From Cyanobacteria bacterium J06626_4 (lineage in GTDB: Bacteria; Cyanobacteriota; Cyanobacteriia; Phormidesmidales; Phormidesmidaceae): 31,717 nt of DNA. Shown here in pieces: positions 10,850 through 21,088 of the stretch (within the stretch, counting starts at the first letter, position 1; every line of letters begins with the position of its first letter). Position numbers and translations under genes: made by a program. A model generated the notes under the pieces. It did no database searches, was not told where the DNA came from, and saw only the letters and a program-made list of their open reading frames with translations. The DNA lies in the NCBI GenBank assembly GCA_038523235.1, contig JBCBJQ010000067.1:1-31717 (forward strand), given 5' to 3'.

Positions 10850-11046
10850 GCACCGGTTCGCCCCAGTTGGTCTGCAGAGTCAGCGGAGAGCACCCCTCAA
10901 TACAGATCTCTTTTGCTGCTCTGTTCCTGACATGCTGGGCGTTTTACCGGGACTGGGTCGAGCAGCGACCGGCGGGATCGATCAAAATCGGCCCACCGAA
11001 TGAGAGAATGTACGTTTAATATTTGAAAACTTCTGACTGTTAATCT

Positions 11047-11382
11047 ATGGCTCACATTGAATTTGCCCGCGGCGTTGCTGAAACAGTCATCCCTGACGTG
11101 CGTTTGACCCGCGCTCCAGATGGCAGTGATGGCACAGCAACCTTCTATTTCGAAAATCCCAAAGCCTTTTCGGAGGACGAGGGCGTAGATATCACCGGCA
11201 TGTACATGGTGGACGAGGAAGGGGAGCTGACCACTCGCGAGGTTAAAGGCAAATTTTTAGATGGCCGACCGGCAGGTATCGAAGCGCTGTTCGTCATGAA
11301 AAGTGAAGCCGAGTGGGAACGGTTTATGCGATTTATGAATCGCTACGCCGAACAAAACGGCCTTGGCTTTACCAAAAGCTAA
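11047..11382 (+). CDS. psb28: Photosystem II assembly factor Psb28
   Basis: [22 protein letters not shown]...GTATFYF...[12 protein letters not shown]...[19 protein letters not shown]. Confidence 0.97.
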   Translation: MAHIEFARGVAETVIPDVRLTRAPDGSDGTATFYFENPKAFSEDEGVDITGMYMVDEEGELTTREVKGKFLDGRPAGIEALFVMKSEAEWERFMRFMNRYAEQNGLGFTKS

Positions 11383-11405
11383 TGGGTGCGTAGCGCTCAC
11401 TGCAA

Positions 11406-11906
11406 ATGCCATTGCCCCATCCCGACCTGGCTGCCGTGACCGTTGGCTATGCTGTGTTGACGGTCAGTGATACGCGGACGCCTGCAACTGACAAAAGTGG
11501 TCAGCTCCTGCAGGCCAAACTGACCGCCGCACACCATTCTGTGGCGGCTTATGCGATCTTGCCAGATGAGCGGGAGGCAGTGGGGCGGCAAGTGCAGACC
11601 TGGGTGGCGAACGGCAGCATTGCCGTAATTGTGTTGAACGGTGGGACGGGCCTTGCGCCGCGCGATACGACCTACGAAGCGATCGCGGCGCTCCTCTCTA
11701 AGACGCTGCTGGGATTTGGCGAAATCTTTCGACAATTGAGCTACGCAGAAATTGGCTCTAGGGCGATGGCGTCGCGGGCGATCGCGGGCGTCTGTGAGTC
11801 CACCCTGATTTTTTCGCTGCCGGGTTCCTTCAAGGCGGTGGCACTGGCGATGGATCAATTGATTCTGCCGGAACTGGTGCATCTGACCACCCAACTGCGC
11901 GGCTAG
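11406..11906 (+). CDS. moaB: MogA/MoaB family molybdenum cofactor biosynthesis protein
   Basis: LTVSDTRT..TDKSG, NGGTGLAPRDTTYEA, GFGEIFRQLS, SRAIAG, LPGS. Confidence 0.92.
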   Translation: MPLPHPDLAAVTVGYAVLTVSDTRTPATDKSGQLLQAKLTAAHHSVAAYAILPDEREAVGRQVQTWVANGSIAVIVLNGGTGLAPRDTTYEAIAALLSKTLLGFGEIFRQLSYAEIGSRAMASRAIAGVCESTLIFSLPGSFKAVALAMDQLILPELVHLTTQLRG

Positions 11907-12026
11907 TAGGCTGTGGCGCTATTTCACCAACCATTGCCGATGACTAGGGAGCAGTGGGAGAAAGGGGGCAGAGAGAGTGTTACTTCTGTCGTCGAGTACG
12001 AGCTTCCTCACAGCTCGGTCAGCCCT

Positions 12027-12257
12027 TCAGCCGCCGCCCACAATGGTGACAATTTCTAGGCGATCGCCCGTTTGCAGATAAGTTTCTGACCAAAACTGAC
12101 GGTGCAAAATTTCGCCGTTATATTCCACCGCGACTAAGCGCGGATTCATGCCAATTTGCTGCAGATAGTCGGGCAGCAGGGTTTGGGGTGGGCAGTGGGC
12201 AACTTTGCCGTTTACTGACAGCTCAATGGTGGATGGGGTGGGTGAAGAATCAGTCAT
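12027..12257 (-). CDS. thiS: Sulfur carrier protein ThiS
   Basis: VNG..., VAVEYNGEIL, GDRLEIVTIVGGG C-terminal di-glycine; adjacent to thiE. Confidence 0.96.
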   Translation of the reverse strand: MTDSSPTPSTIELSVNGKVAHCPPQTLLPDYLQQIGMNPRLVAVEYNGEILHRQFWSETYLQTGDRLEIVTIVGGG

Positions 12258-12293
12258 CGCAGTTTCTACGAGGGATCAATGGGGTGGCAGCTC

Positions 12294-13319
12294 TCAGTGG
12301 GTGGCAGCTTGCAGTTGGGTGAGCAGCGCCTGACTGGCTGCCGTCGGATTATCGGCTTGCATAATGGCGCGCACAACAGCGACGCGATCGCCCCCGGCGG
12401 CCATCACCTCTGCCAGATTGCCTGCATCAATGCCGCCAATGGCAAACCAGGGCACGGGTGAATTTTGGGCGGCATACCGCACATAGTCTAAACCCGCCGC
12501 CGCTTTGTCGGGCTTGGTCGGGGTGGCATAGACGGGGCCAACGCCGATATAGTCGGCCCCTTCGGCCAGGGCTTTGGCCATTTCTGCGGGGTTGGTGGTC
12601 GAACGGCCAATGAGGCGCTGACTGCCCAGCAATGCCCGCGCGGTGGCAATGGGTAAATCTTGCTGGCCCAGGTGTACGCCATCGGCCTCTACCGCCAGCG
12701 CCAGATCGACTCGGTCGTTGATGAAAAATAGGGCTCCATATTGCTGACACAGCGCTTTTAGCTGCTGGGCAATGGGGAGGCGATCGCAATCATTACCAAC
12801 CTTTTCACGATATTGCACCATTTGCAGCCCACCCTGCAGCGCGGCTTCCACGACTGGCAACAGGTTGGGGTCGGGGGCCGTCACCAAATACAGCTGGGCC
12901 TGCTGCAGTTGCTGAAACCGCTGATGGGCCATCACCTGGCTTTCGAGGGTGTAGACCTCATAGCGCAGCTGCTTACAGGCTTCAGACAGCTCAGGATGAT
13001 GGATTTTGCCAAATTCTTCGAGCGATCGCAGGGCTTCTTCGACTCGACAAAAGTTGGCCTGCAGCACCTGGGCGACGCTGCTGCGCAGGCGCTCTTGGGG
13101 ATGGGTCAGGGTTGTGCCGGGGTCGCTGGGGGTATCGCGGGCGGCGCGCAAATCTGCGGTGTGCCACTGCGCTAGGCGTTGGCGCAAATGCTTGAACTGG
13201 GCAGTCAGCTCGCCCTGATTGAGGCCAAAGCGACACCAATCTTCGAGCACTCGCAAGCCCTCGCGAGCGCGATCGAGATTGGCGTCTAAAATGCGGGCAA
13301 TGCTATCAGGTTGGCTCAT
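12294..13319 (-). CDS. thiE: Thiamine-phosphate synthase with cyanobacterial N-terminal extension domain
   Basis: RILDANLDRAREGLRVLEDW N-domain; QYREK, INDRVD, GVHLGQQD, GPVYATPTKP, AIGGI. Start could be 13340. Confidence 0.95.
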   Translation of the reverse strand: MSQPDSIARILDANLDRAREGLRVLEDWCRFGLNQGELTAQFKHLRQRLAQWHTADLRAARDTPSDPGTTLTHPQERLRSSVAQVLQANFCRVEEALRSLEEFGKIHHPELSEACKQLRYEVYTLESQVMAHQRFQQLQQAQLYLVTAPDPNLLPVVEAALQGGLQMVQYREKVGNDCDRLPIAQQLKALCQQYGALFFINDRVDLALAVEADGVHLGQQDLPIATARALLGSQRLIGRSTTNPAEMAKALAEGADYIGVGPVYATPTKPDKAAAGLDYVRYAAQNSPVPWFAIGGIDAGNLAEVMAAGGDRVAVVRAIMQADNPTAASQALLTQLQAATH

Positions 13320-13493
13320 TGATGAGATGGGAGCACTCATACTACAAGGGTGAGAAACGGCTGCTTTGGGCGACGACAATCAGGTAAAAAACCTGGTCGT
13401 GCCATGGCGAAAGCGTTTCAAATTTTCCCACAGCTGGGGACGGTAGAACTCAAAATCCGTCGTTATAGTGGAATCAAGAATGACGCAATTGTG

Positions 13494-14363
13494 ATGCCTC
13501 TGTCTGACGCGGCTATGCTACAGCACCAGTTTCTCAATACCAATGGCATTCGGCTGCACTATGTCATCCAAGGTCAAGGGCCGCTGTTGCTATTGCTGCA
13601 CGGCTTTCCCGAGTTTTGGTACACCTGGCGACACCAAATTCCCGTCTTTGCCGAACATTTCACCGTTGTGGCCCTTGATTTGCGGGGCTATAACGATAGC
13701 GATAAGCCGACTGATATCAGTGCCTATACGCTATCAGAGCTGGGCAAAGATATTGCTGGCGTGATTACGGCATTAGGCTACGACCAGTGCTACTTGGTGG
13801 GGCACGACTGGGGTGGGGCGATCGCCTGGCACGTGGCCTACACCTATCCTGACCAGGTGGCCAAGCTGATCGTCCTCAACTGCCCTCACCCCAGGCGCTT
13901 TTTAGACGGCTTTGCTGACCCTGGCCAATGGCTGCGCAGCGCCTATATTGGCTTTTTTCAACTGCCATGGCTGCCAGAGTGGGTGCTGCAGGCCGATGAT
14001 TATCAGTTCATTGATCGGGTTTTTGACCAGCTAGCGGTCAATCGCCATGCCATCACCGCCATTGACATTCAAGCCTTTAAAACGGCGTTGGCCCGACCGG
14101 GTGCCCTGCGCGCTGGCCTCAATTACTACCGTAATTTGCTATCGCCCTCGCTGCTCCAGCAAACCTGGCCTGTTCTCGAAGTACCGACGCTGATGATTTG
14201 GGGGGAAAATGACCCCGTTTTTGCCAGTTCGCTGGCCATGGCAGAAGAACACGTGCGAGAATTTCATCTCCGCTACATCGCCCACTGCGGTCATTGGGTG
14301 CCCCAAGAATACCCCGAGTTGGTGAACCAATATATGGGTGAGTTTTTGGGGGTGTCTGTGTGA
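13494..14363 (+). CDS. alpha/beta hydrolase, epoxide hydrolase family
   Basis: HGFPEFWYTWRHQ, DLRGYNDSDKP, GHDWGG (Asp nucleophile), LNYYRN, WGEND, GHWVPQE; divergent from thiE. Confidence 0.93.
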   Translation: MPLSDAAMLQHQFLNTNGIRLHYVIQGQGPLLLLLHGFPEFWYTWRHQIPVFAEHFTVVALDLRGYNDSDKPTDISAYTLSELGKDIAGVITALGYDQCYLVGHDWGGAIAWHVAYTYPDQVAKLIVLNCPHPRRFLDGFADPGQWLRSAYIGFFQLPWLPEWVLQADDYQFIDRVFDQLAVNRHAITAIDIQAFKTALARPGALRAGLNYYRNLLSPSLLQQTWPVLEVPTLMIWGENDPVFASSLAMAEEHVREFHLRYIAHCGHWVPQEYPELVNQYMGEFLGVSV

Positions 14364-14482
14364 CGCTGTCTGACCGATGCATGGGCTGGCGATGCCAGGA
14401 GGCGCCAGCCATGAACGGCTAAACGTATTGAAGCTGAATACCCCACGCCCTCATTGATGCCACTCAATCGGGTCTGAAAACC

Positions 14483-14589
14483 TAGTGCAGCATCAAGCCT
14501 TAATTTTAGGGTTAGCTTATTCCAGAAGCCATACAATTCAAAGCTCTTGGAAAATGTCTGCCCTAATTCTTAGTGCTGACAGAGTACTA
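14483..14589. mobile_element. Degenerate MITE-like element A
   Basis: Left end tagtgcagcatcaagccttaattttaggg versus reverse complement of right end tagtactctgtcagcactaagaattaggg: imperfect TIRs bounded by TA. Confidence 0.45.
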
Positions 14590-14731
14590 AGTAGTAGGTA
14601 GGTACAACCATCTTGCAGACGGGTTTCGGCTCCGCTCAACCCTCAACGTTTGACTTGGCAAGCAATATAGCTGATTGAGCGGAGTCGAAATCAGCGACCG
14701 GTTTAACACTTAATTTGACCCAGCTACTTAG
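14587..14731. mobile_element. MITE-like element B with internal hairpin
   Basis: Ends ctaagtag (14587-14594) and ctacttag (14724-14731); internal IR tttcggctccgctcaa (14624-14639) / ttgagcggagtcgaaa (14675-14690), 15/16. Confidence 0.65.
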
Positions 14732-14732
14732 G

Positions 14733-14919
14733 TAACGTCAGTTCGGATTAAAATCGAAGCCGGATATTTCCCCTCCTGGGAGGGGCTGAGGGGTGGGTGG
14801 ATCGCCAGTTAGCGCGACTGATCGGCCCCCACCCCGCCTTTGGCACCCCTCCCGAGAGGGGATTTGAGGCTCAATCGGCGGTTAAAAGCGTTACTTATTT
14901 TGATCCCGAACTCAGGTTA
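14733..14919. mobile_element. MITE-like element C with internal GC-rich hairpin
   Basis: Ends taacgtcagttcgg versus reverse complement taacctgagttcgg; internal IR tcccctcctgggagggg (14769-14785) / cccctcccgagagggga (14846-14862), 15/17. Confidence 0.7.
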
Positions 14920-15072
14920 GGTACTGTAAGCCAAACCACGTTGTCTTGGACAGCCTTGGTTGGGTCTGCCGAGCCCAACTTTCCTGAACCTTTGGCGCAT
15001 CAGACCAATTGCCTGCCGGGGTTCAGCTGTGTTGAACCAAGGCGCTCGGGACGCTACTTTTGAGCAACTGCC

Positions 15073-17088
15073 TTAATCCACAATGGGCGATCGCCGGCCC
15101 AAGAGTCGATCGCGTAGCTTTTTGACGCGATCGCGATACTTTGCCGCTTCCTCAAAGTCGAGATTCTTGGCCGCTTCTTTCATCTGCTTTTCGAGCTGGC
15201 TGATCAGTTCCGGAATTTCCTCTAACGGCAGCTCGTCTTTGTGCTCGTAGACCTCATCTAGCTCCTGTACGTTGAGGCGACGCGAGACCTCCAAAAAGGA
15301 GAGAATGGCGTTGCTGTTGCGGCGAATGATCGAAGCGGGCACGATGCCGTTGTCTTCGTTGTGCTTCTGCTGCAGGGCGCGGCGGCGTTCCGTGATGTCG
15401 ATCGCCTTCGCCATGCTGTCGGTCAGGTTGTCGCCATAGAGAATCGCCTTGCCTTCCACGTGGCGGGCGGCGCGGCCAATGGTCTGAATCAGCGATCGCT
15501 CGGCCCGCAAAAAGCCCTCTTTGTCCGCATCCAAAATGGCGACCAGAGAAACCTCGGGCAGATCGAGACCTTCGCGCAGCAGGTTGACGCCAACTAGCAC
15601 GTCGTAATTGCCATCGCGCAAATCTTGAATCAGCTCAATACGTTCGATGGAGTGAATCTCCGAGTGCAGATAGCGGACTCGGACGCCCTGCTCGTCAAAA
15701 TATTCGGTGAGGTCTTCAGCCATGCGCTTAGTCAGTGTCGTCACTAAGACACGCTCATTGCGAACGGCACGTTCTCGAATCTCACCCAGCAGGTCGTCCA
15801 CTTGCCCCTCGGTTGGACGCACAAAAATCTCAGGATCGAGCACTCCTGTGGGGCGAATGATCTGTTCGGCGACACGCCCTTCTGAGACCTCAAATTCCCA
15901 ACTGCCCGGTGTGGCCGACACAAACACGCACTGGTTCATCTTGTCCCAAAACTCTTCGGCTTTGAGGGGGCGGTTGTCCGCGGCGCTGGGTAGACGAAAG
16001 CCGTGCTCAATCAGCACCATCTTGCGGGCGCGATCGCCGTTATACATGGCGTGAATTTGCGGGATCGTCACGTGGGATTCGTCAATCACCAGCAGCCAAT
16101 CTTTCGGGAAATAGTCGATCAAGCATTCTGGCGGCGACCCGGCCAAGCGTCCGGCTAGGTGGCGAGCATAGTTCTCCACGCCGTTACAGTAGCCGACTTC
16201 TCGCAGCATCTCCAGGTCGTAGCGGGTGCGCTGTTCGAGCCGCTGTGCTTCCAGAAGCTTGCCGTTGGTTTCCAACTCCTCTAGGCGATCGCGCAGCTCG
16301 TCTTGAATGGCGGCGCAGGCGGCTTCGAGCTTGTCGTCGGGAGTGACAAAGTGTTTCGCCGGGTAGACATTGATCGCCTCTAGGCTCTGCAGGGTTGCCC
16401 CCGTGACCGGATCGACATAGCGAATGGCATCAATCTCATCGCCAAAGAACTCTACCCGAATGATGCGGTCTTCGTAGGCAGGGCCAATCTCTAGCACGTC
16501 ACCTTTGACCCGAAAGCGGCCCCGCCCCAGGTCTAAATCGTTGCGGGTGTACTGCACAACGGCCAGATCGCGCAGCACCTGTCGCTGATTCACCTCCATG
16601 CCCACCTGCAGCGGAATCGAAGCTTTCAAATATTCTGACGGAATGCCCAAACCGTAGATACAGCTGATGGAGGCCACCACAATGACGTCACGCCGTTCAA
16701 ACAGCGATCGCGTCGCTGAGTGGCGCAGCATGTCGATCTCTTCGTTAATAGAGGCGGTTTTGGCGATGTAGGTATCGGTGACAGGCACGTAGGCCTCGGG
16801 CTGGTAATAGTCGTAATAGCTGATGAAATATTCCACCGCATTGTCGGGGAAAAATTCGCGTAACTCATTGCAGAGTTGCGCCGCCAGGGTTTTGTTGTGG
16901 GCCAGCACCAGGGCCGGTTTGCCAATTTTGTCGATCACCCGCGCCATGGTGTGGGTCTTGCCGGTGCCGGTGGCCCCCAGCAGGGTTTGATATTTATGGC
17001 TGTCTTGCAGGTATTGGGTGAGCCCTGCGATCGCTTTGGGCTGATCGCCCTTGGGTTCAAAGGGAGCTTGGATGTCAAAATCGCTCAT
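15073..17088 (-). CDS. uvrB: Excinuclease ABC subunit B
   Basis: [43 protein letters not shown]-terminal UVR domain [21 protein letters not shown] at 17088. Confidence 0.98.
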   Translation of the reverse strand: MSDFDIQAPFEPKGDQPKAIAGLTQYLQDSHKYQTLLGATGTGKTHTMARVIDKIGKPALVLAHNKTLAAQLCNELREFFPDNAVEYFISYYDYYQPEAYVPVTDTYIAKTASINEEIDMLRHSATRSLFERRDVIVVASISCIYGLGIPSEYLKASIPLQVGMEVNQRQVLRDLAVVQYTRNDLDLGRGRFRVKGDVLEIGPAYEDRIIRVEFFGDEIDAIRYVDPVTGATLQSLEAINVYPAKHFVTPDDKLEAACAAIQDELRDRLEELETNGKLLEAQRLEQRTRYDLEMLREVGYCNGVENYARHLAGRLAGSPPECLIDYFPKDWLLVIDESHVTIPQIHAMYNGDRARKMVLIEHGFRLPSAADNRPLKAEEFWDKMNQCVFVSATPGSWEFEVSEGRVAEQIIRPTGVLDPEIFVRPTEGQVDDLLGEIRERAVRNERVLVTTLTKRMAEDLTEYFDEQGVRVRYLHSEIHSIERIELIQDLRDGNYDVLVGVNLLREGLDLPEVSLVAILDADKEGFLRAERSLIQTIGRAARHVEGKAILYGDNLTDSMAKAIDITERRRALQQKHNEDNGIVPASIIRRNSNAILSFLEVSRRLNVQELDEVYEHKDELPLEEIPELISQLEKQMKEAAKNLDFEEAAKYRDRVKKLRDRLLGRRSPIVD

Positions 17089-17575
17089 GATTGCCTTTCC
17101 CCATACGCCGCTACAGCTTTCTATGATGACGGATTCCTGGGCAATGTGGGGGTGTCGAGGGTGACGAAATCCCGACAAGTGGCGATCAAGTGATTGAGAT
17201 CACCAGCGCCTATGGCAACGGCAAAAACCCGTACTTTAGCGAACTTTTGTAACTGTTCTCCCCGAAATATATCAGTAGATCTGTCAGTAAAAATGTGGAT
17301 TGCACTGAGAAAAATGGGCTCTATGAAAGAGCGATCGCCGGAGCATTACCGGGTCCTTTCTAAAGGTCTCTCACCGGATGTCTCGCCTGGCGATGGCGCG
17401 GCGATGGTGCTGGCTTTCCCGTCGCGGCCAGCGCGGCGATCATGGTGCCCCTAACCGCCACAGTCAAGATTCGGGAGGCCTGCCAAACGGTTGCGGCACT
17501 ACCGGACTGGCGATTTGCCAACATCAGGCGCATTCTGCTGCTTTCGCTTGTTCTTAAAAAAGTTCACGATTTCAA

Positions 17576-18520
17576 ATGTTTTACCCCATTGCCTCACCGC
17601 TCTCTGCAAGTCCTGACGTGACGCCGCGCCCCCACCGGCGATCGCCCAGGCTGCAGCTTTCCTTTCAGCGCGCTGCCCTGGGCGTGCTCGGCATCGCTAC
17701 CCTGCTCGGGGCCGTGACCTTGTCCCCCAGTCAAGCGCAAACCGGGCGCTGGCTAGAGGTGGAACGCCTAACCGGGAATGTCTTCGTGCAACAGCATCAA
17801 TCGCGGCCGGCGGGACTCGGCGATCGCCTCACCCAGGTCGGTCACAGCATTACTACCCAAAGTCAGGCGAGCACGAGCTTGGCGTTAGATACCGAAATTG
17901 GCTCGGTCGCCGTGGCCCAAAATACCCATCTCAAAGTCGAACGCTTAGACGTGTTATCGAATGGTGGCCGGGTCACTGTCTTAGAGGTGACGCGGGGGCA
18001 GGCGCGCGTGCAATCCCGACCCTTTACGAATCCCAACACCCTGTTAGAAATCTGGACGCCAAGCGGGGTGGCGGCAGTGCGTGGCACGGACTTTGGGGTG
18101 GCCGTAGACGACGAGGGTAAAACCACCATCGCCACCTTAGAAGGCAGTGTCGAAGCGACGGCGGAGTCGGTGACGGTGACCGTCGATGAGGGCTTGGCCT
18201 CGGTGATTCGCCCCGGTGAACCGCCGACAACGCCCATTGCTCTCGACCGTGAACTGGCGATTGAAGGTTTGACTCAAGAGCGCCGAGGCAATACCCTGAC
18301 CGTCACCGGCCGCGTCAACCCCACCAATACTGTGCAGGTAGGCGATCGCGGCATCGAGGTTTCTCGCAGCGGCTATTTTGCGTGGCAGGCGAATTCGGCC
18401 CGTCGCAGTCGTAGTGTGGCATTTACGGTGACTAATCCGCTGGGCGAGTCGCGCCGCTATCGCATTTTGCCGTGGCAGGTGCCCGACCTGGACCGAGGCA
18501 GCAACGGTGGAAGAGACTGA
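17576..18520 (+). CDS. Exported FecR-domain protein
   Basis: Signal/TM segment ending SQAQ; FecR core GDRL...ITTQSQAS...VAQNTHL...GQARV...IWTPSGVAAVRGTDFGV...TLEGSV; possible C-terminal beta domain. Start uncertain. Confidence 0.88.
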   Translation: MFYPIASPLSASPDVTPRPHRRSPRLQLSFQRAALGVLGIATLLGAVTLSPSQAQTGRWLEVERLTGNVFVQQHQSRPAGLGDRLTQVGHSITTQSQASTSLALDTEIGSVAVAQNTHLKVERLDVLSNGGRVTVLEVTRGQARVQSRPFTNPNTLLEIWTPSGVAAVRGTDFGVAVDDEGKTTIATLEGSVEATAESVTVTVDEGLASVIRPGEPPTTPIALDRELAIEGLTQERRGNTLTVTGRVNPTNTVQVGDRGIEVSRSGYFAWQANSARRSRSVAFTVTNPLGESRRYRILPWQVPDLDRGSNGGRD

Positions 18521-18648
18521 GCGACCGAGGCCACTCGCCTGATCATCGAGGGGGGCATCATCAATTTAACGACTCAAACTTTTAAGATCAGGTCTGCCCC
18601 CAAAACTGCAGATATCACAAACTGTTTCAACAAGGCGTTTCTCCTCCT

Positions 18649-20649
18649 ATGAAGCAACTTTGGCAGCGGATTCAGCGACAGATCCAGGCAAAACTGCGTC
18701 CGACTGCCGCCCCGCGCTGGTCGGCGATGTCCTGGGTGCCTGGCATTGCCGCGGTCGTCGCGGGGGTGGGGCTCTTTAGTGTGGGCGCTTGGGAGCCTCT
18801 AGAGCGCTTGGTTTATGTCGGCCTTTTTCATACCCGCGATCACCTGCAGCCCATTCAGTGGGATGACCGCGTGGTGGTGATTGCGATCGATGAGCAAAGT
18901 TTGGCGACCTATGGTGGCTTTCCCTGGCCGCGCGATCGCTACGCGACGCTGCTCGACCGACTGATGGCCGTGCAGCCAGCGGCCATTGGGCTGGATATTC
19001 TCATGCCCGAAGCCACGCTCGAAGATCAAACCCTGGCCGCAGCCGTGCAATACAGTGGCAATGTTGTGCTGGCGGTGGGCAGCGATCCGCTAGGCAATCC
19101 GATTCAGGTCACGCCGACCTTACTAGGGCCGACGGATGGGTTTGTGCGCATCGGCCACGTCAATCATTTGCCCGATACCGATGGCCTCAGCCGCCAGACA
19201 GTTTTGTACAAAATTCAAGGGACGCAAATTGTCCCGAGTTTTGGCATGGCCCTATTGAGTGCCTATGAGCAAAGTCTGTCAAACCTGATTACTGCCGACC
19301 CCCAAGAGATGCCCAGCCTCAACTCTAAGTTTGTGGCGAATCCTGGCCAGTACGACCAAAATCATCCGAGTTGGGTCAACTGGCCTGGCCCGACCCGAGC
19401 CGCTGCCACAGGTGAGTCAACGACGGCCAACGGCTTGACCACGCTGTCTTTTGCCGACGTGATGGCTGAAGAGCCGGATGAGCAACTGCTGGCTCAGCTG
19501 CAAAACAAGATCGTGCTGGTGGGCTACACCGCCGTGGGCATTGTGGGCAATTCCGAAGATGCCCTGAGAACCCCCTTTGAAAAACAGATTCCGACTACGG
19601 GCGTTTATCTACATGCCGCTGTGGTGGATAATCTGCTGAACGATCGCTTTTTAACCCGTTTGCCCCTCGCTTGGACACTGGCGTTGATTGCCGTGAGCGG
19701 GCTGGGCAGTAGCTGGCTCTTAAGTCCGCTCGGGGCGCAAGGCCGCTTTGCCGTGATGCTGGGCATCGTTCCCCTCTGGCTGGGGCTCGCCTATGGCAGC
19801 TTTTTGATGGGGGTGTGGCTACCGGTAGCCGCCCCCATCGCCACGGGGTGGATTGGGCTGATGTCCTTTCAATTTATTGAGCAGCGAGAACGCAAAACCT
19901 TGATGGATCTGTTTGCCATCAATCTGTCGCCCGAAATGGCCGATTTCATTTGGGAGCATAAGGGCGAAATGCTAGCAGAGGGGCAGATTCGCCCCCAGAC
20001 GCTGACCGCCACGCTGCTGTTTTCCGATATTCGAGATTTCACTTCGATTAGTGAAAAACTGCCCTCGGAGGTCTTATTGCCCTGGCTCAACAGCTATTTT
20101 GAGGTGATGACCGACTGCATTATGGAACATGGCGGCGTGGTGGATAAATACATTGGCGATGCCATCATGGCCGCGTTTGGCGCGCCGATCGCCCGGCCTG
20201 GTCCAGAGGCCGATCAGCAAAATGCGATCGCGGCAGTCAGTGCCAGCTTGGCTATGGTCGAAAAACTCAAAGATCTCAACCGCGATTTTGCCGCCAGAGG
20301 CCTGCCCACCATCAAGTTTGGCATTGGTCTGCATACGGGCTCTCTGGTGGGGGGCACCGTTGGCAGCCGGCACCGCGCCAACTATTCGCTCTTTGGTGAT
20401 GCCGTCAACGTGGCCGCTCGCCTGCAAGACATGACCAAGACGCACACCTCAACAGCCCCTTATCCAATTTTGCTCAGTGAGGCGACTGCTCAGCAGGTAA
20501 CCGATCAGTTTTGCCTGACACCCCAGGGGCAACTGCAGCTGCGGGGCCGGTCAGAAAAAACGACGGCCTACACGCTGAGCTCCCGTGAGCCAGCCATTAA
20601 TCCGGCAGAATCTTCACCTACCACAACTGCTCATTCACCCAGTCGCTGA
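18649..20649 (+). CDS. CHASE2-domain class III adenylate cyclase
   Basis: CHASE2 (VVVIAIDEQSL, FPWPRDRYA, GLDILMPE, DTDGLSRQ, GVYLHAAVVDNLL), three TM helices, cyclase FSDIRDFT, DKYIGDAIMA, GIGLHTG, GDAVNVAARL. Confidence 0.95.
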   Translation: MKQLWQRIQRQIQAKLRPTAAPRWSAMSWVPGIAAVVAGVGLFSVGAWEPLERLVYVGLFHTRDHLQPIQWDDRVVVIAIDEQSLATYGGFPWPRDRYATLLDRLMAVQPAAIGLDILMPEATLEDQTLAAAVQYSGNVVLAVGSDPLGNPIQVTPTLLGPTDGFVRIGHVNHLPDTDGLSRQTVLYKIQGTQIVPSFGMALLSAYEQSLSNLITADPQEMPSLNSKFVANPGQYDQNHPSWVNWPGPTRAAATGESTTANGLTTLSFADVMAEEPDEQLLAQLQNKIVLVGYTAVGIVGNSEDALRTPFEKQIPTTGVYLHAAVVDNLLNDRFLTRLPLAWTLALIAVSGLGSSWLLSPLGAQGRFAVMLGIVPLWLGLAYGSFLMGVWLPVAAPIATGWIGLMSFQFIEQRERKTLMDLFAINLSPEMADFIWEHKGEMLAEGQIRPQTLTATLLFSDIRDFTSISEKLPSEVLLPWLNSYFEVMTDCIMEHGGVVDKYIGDAIMAAFGAPIARPGPEADQQNAIAAVSASLAMVEKLKDLNRDFAARGLPTIKFGIGLHTGSLVGGTVGSRHRANYSLFGDAVNVAARLQDMTKTHTSTAPYPILLSEATAQQVTDQFCLTPQGQLQLRGRSEKTTAYTLSSREPAINPAESSPTTTAHSPSR

Positions 20650-20705
20650 TCAGACGGCGAGCCGGCTTGACCCTGAGCGGTAAAAGTCGGGCTCGCGTCC
20701 TCAAC

Positions 20706-20900
20706 TTAATCAACGGTGTGGCCGCTGGCAGTAATCGCTTCACGTACGGCACTTTCAGCGGCGTTAGTTTCTGCTGTCACGGTTTTACCGCTGACGTCAA
20801 CGTTGACTTGGGCGTTGGCGTCAACGGTGTGGATGGCTTTGGTTACTGTTTCAGCGCAGCCATCGCAAACAATCGAGGGAACCTTGAGATTTAGAGCCAT
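20706..20900 (-). CDS. Heavy-metal-associated (HMA) copper chaperone, Atx1/CopZ-like
   Basis: 64 aa, VPSIVCDGCAETV CxxC motif, C-terminal SGH. Confidence 0.92.
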   Translation of the reverse strand: MALNLKVPSIVCDGCAETVTKAIHTVDANAQVNVDVSGKTVTAETNAAESAVREAITASGHTVD

Positions 20901-21088
20901 GAAAATAATCGCCGTAAAAACTATATCTATGTCAATCGAATTAAGCCTAGCGCGAATGGGCTCAGCACTTTTGCCAGGCTGGAAAATTAGGTGAAAATTC
21001 CCCGCGATCGCTCCCCCGCTATCCGCTGATGCCTGTCCAATGCTGCCAGCAATACATCCTCTAAAAGATCACAAATTAGAATATTGCT

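Noticed and set aside
13320..13493. TPP riboswitch upstream of thiE
   Set aside because: The conserved TPP aptamer elements were not recognisable on the minus strand.
14797..15063. 88-aa ORF
   Set aside because: Runs through MITE-like hairpins with no protein features.
17230..17244. LexA box upstream of uvrB
   Set aside because: cgtactttagcgaac has only one half-site of the cyanobacterial RGTAC-N3-DGTWC consensus.
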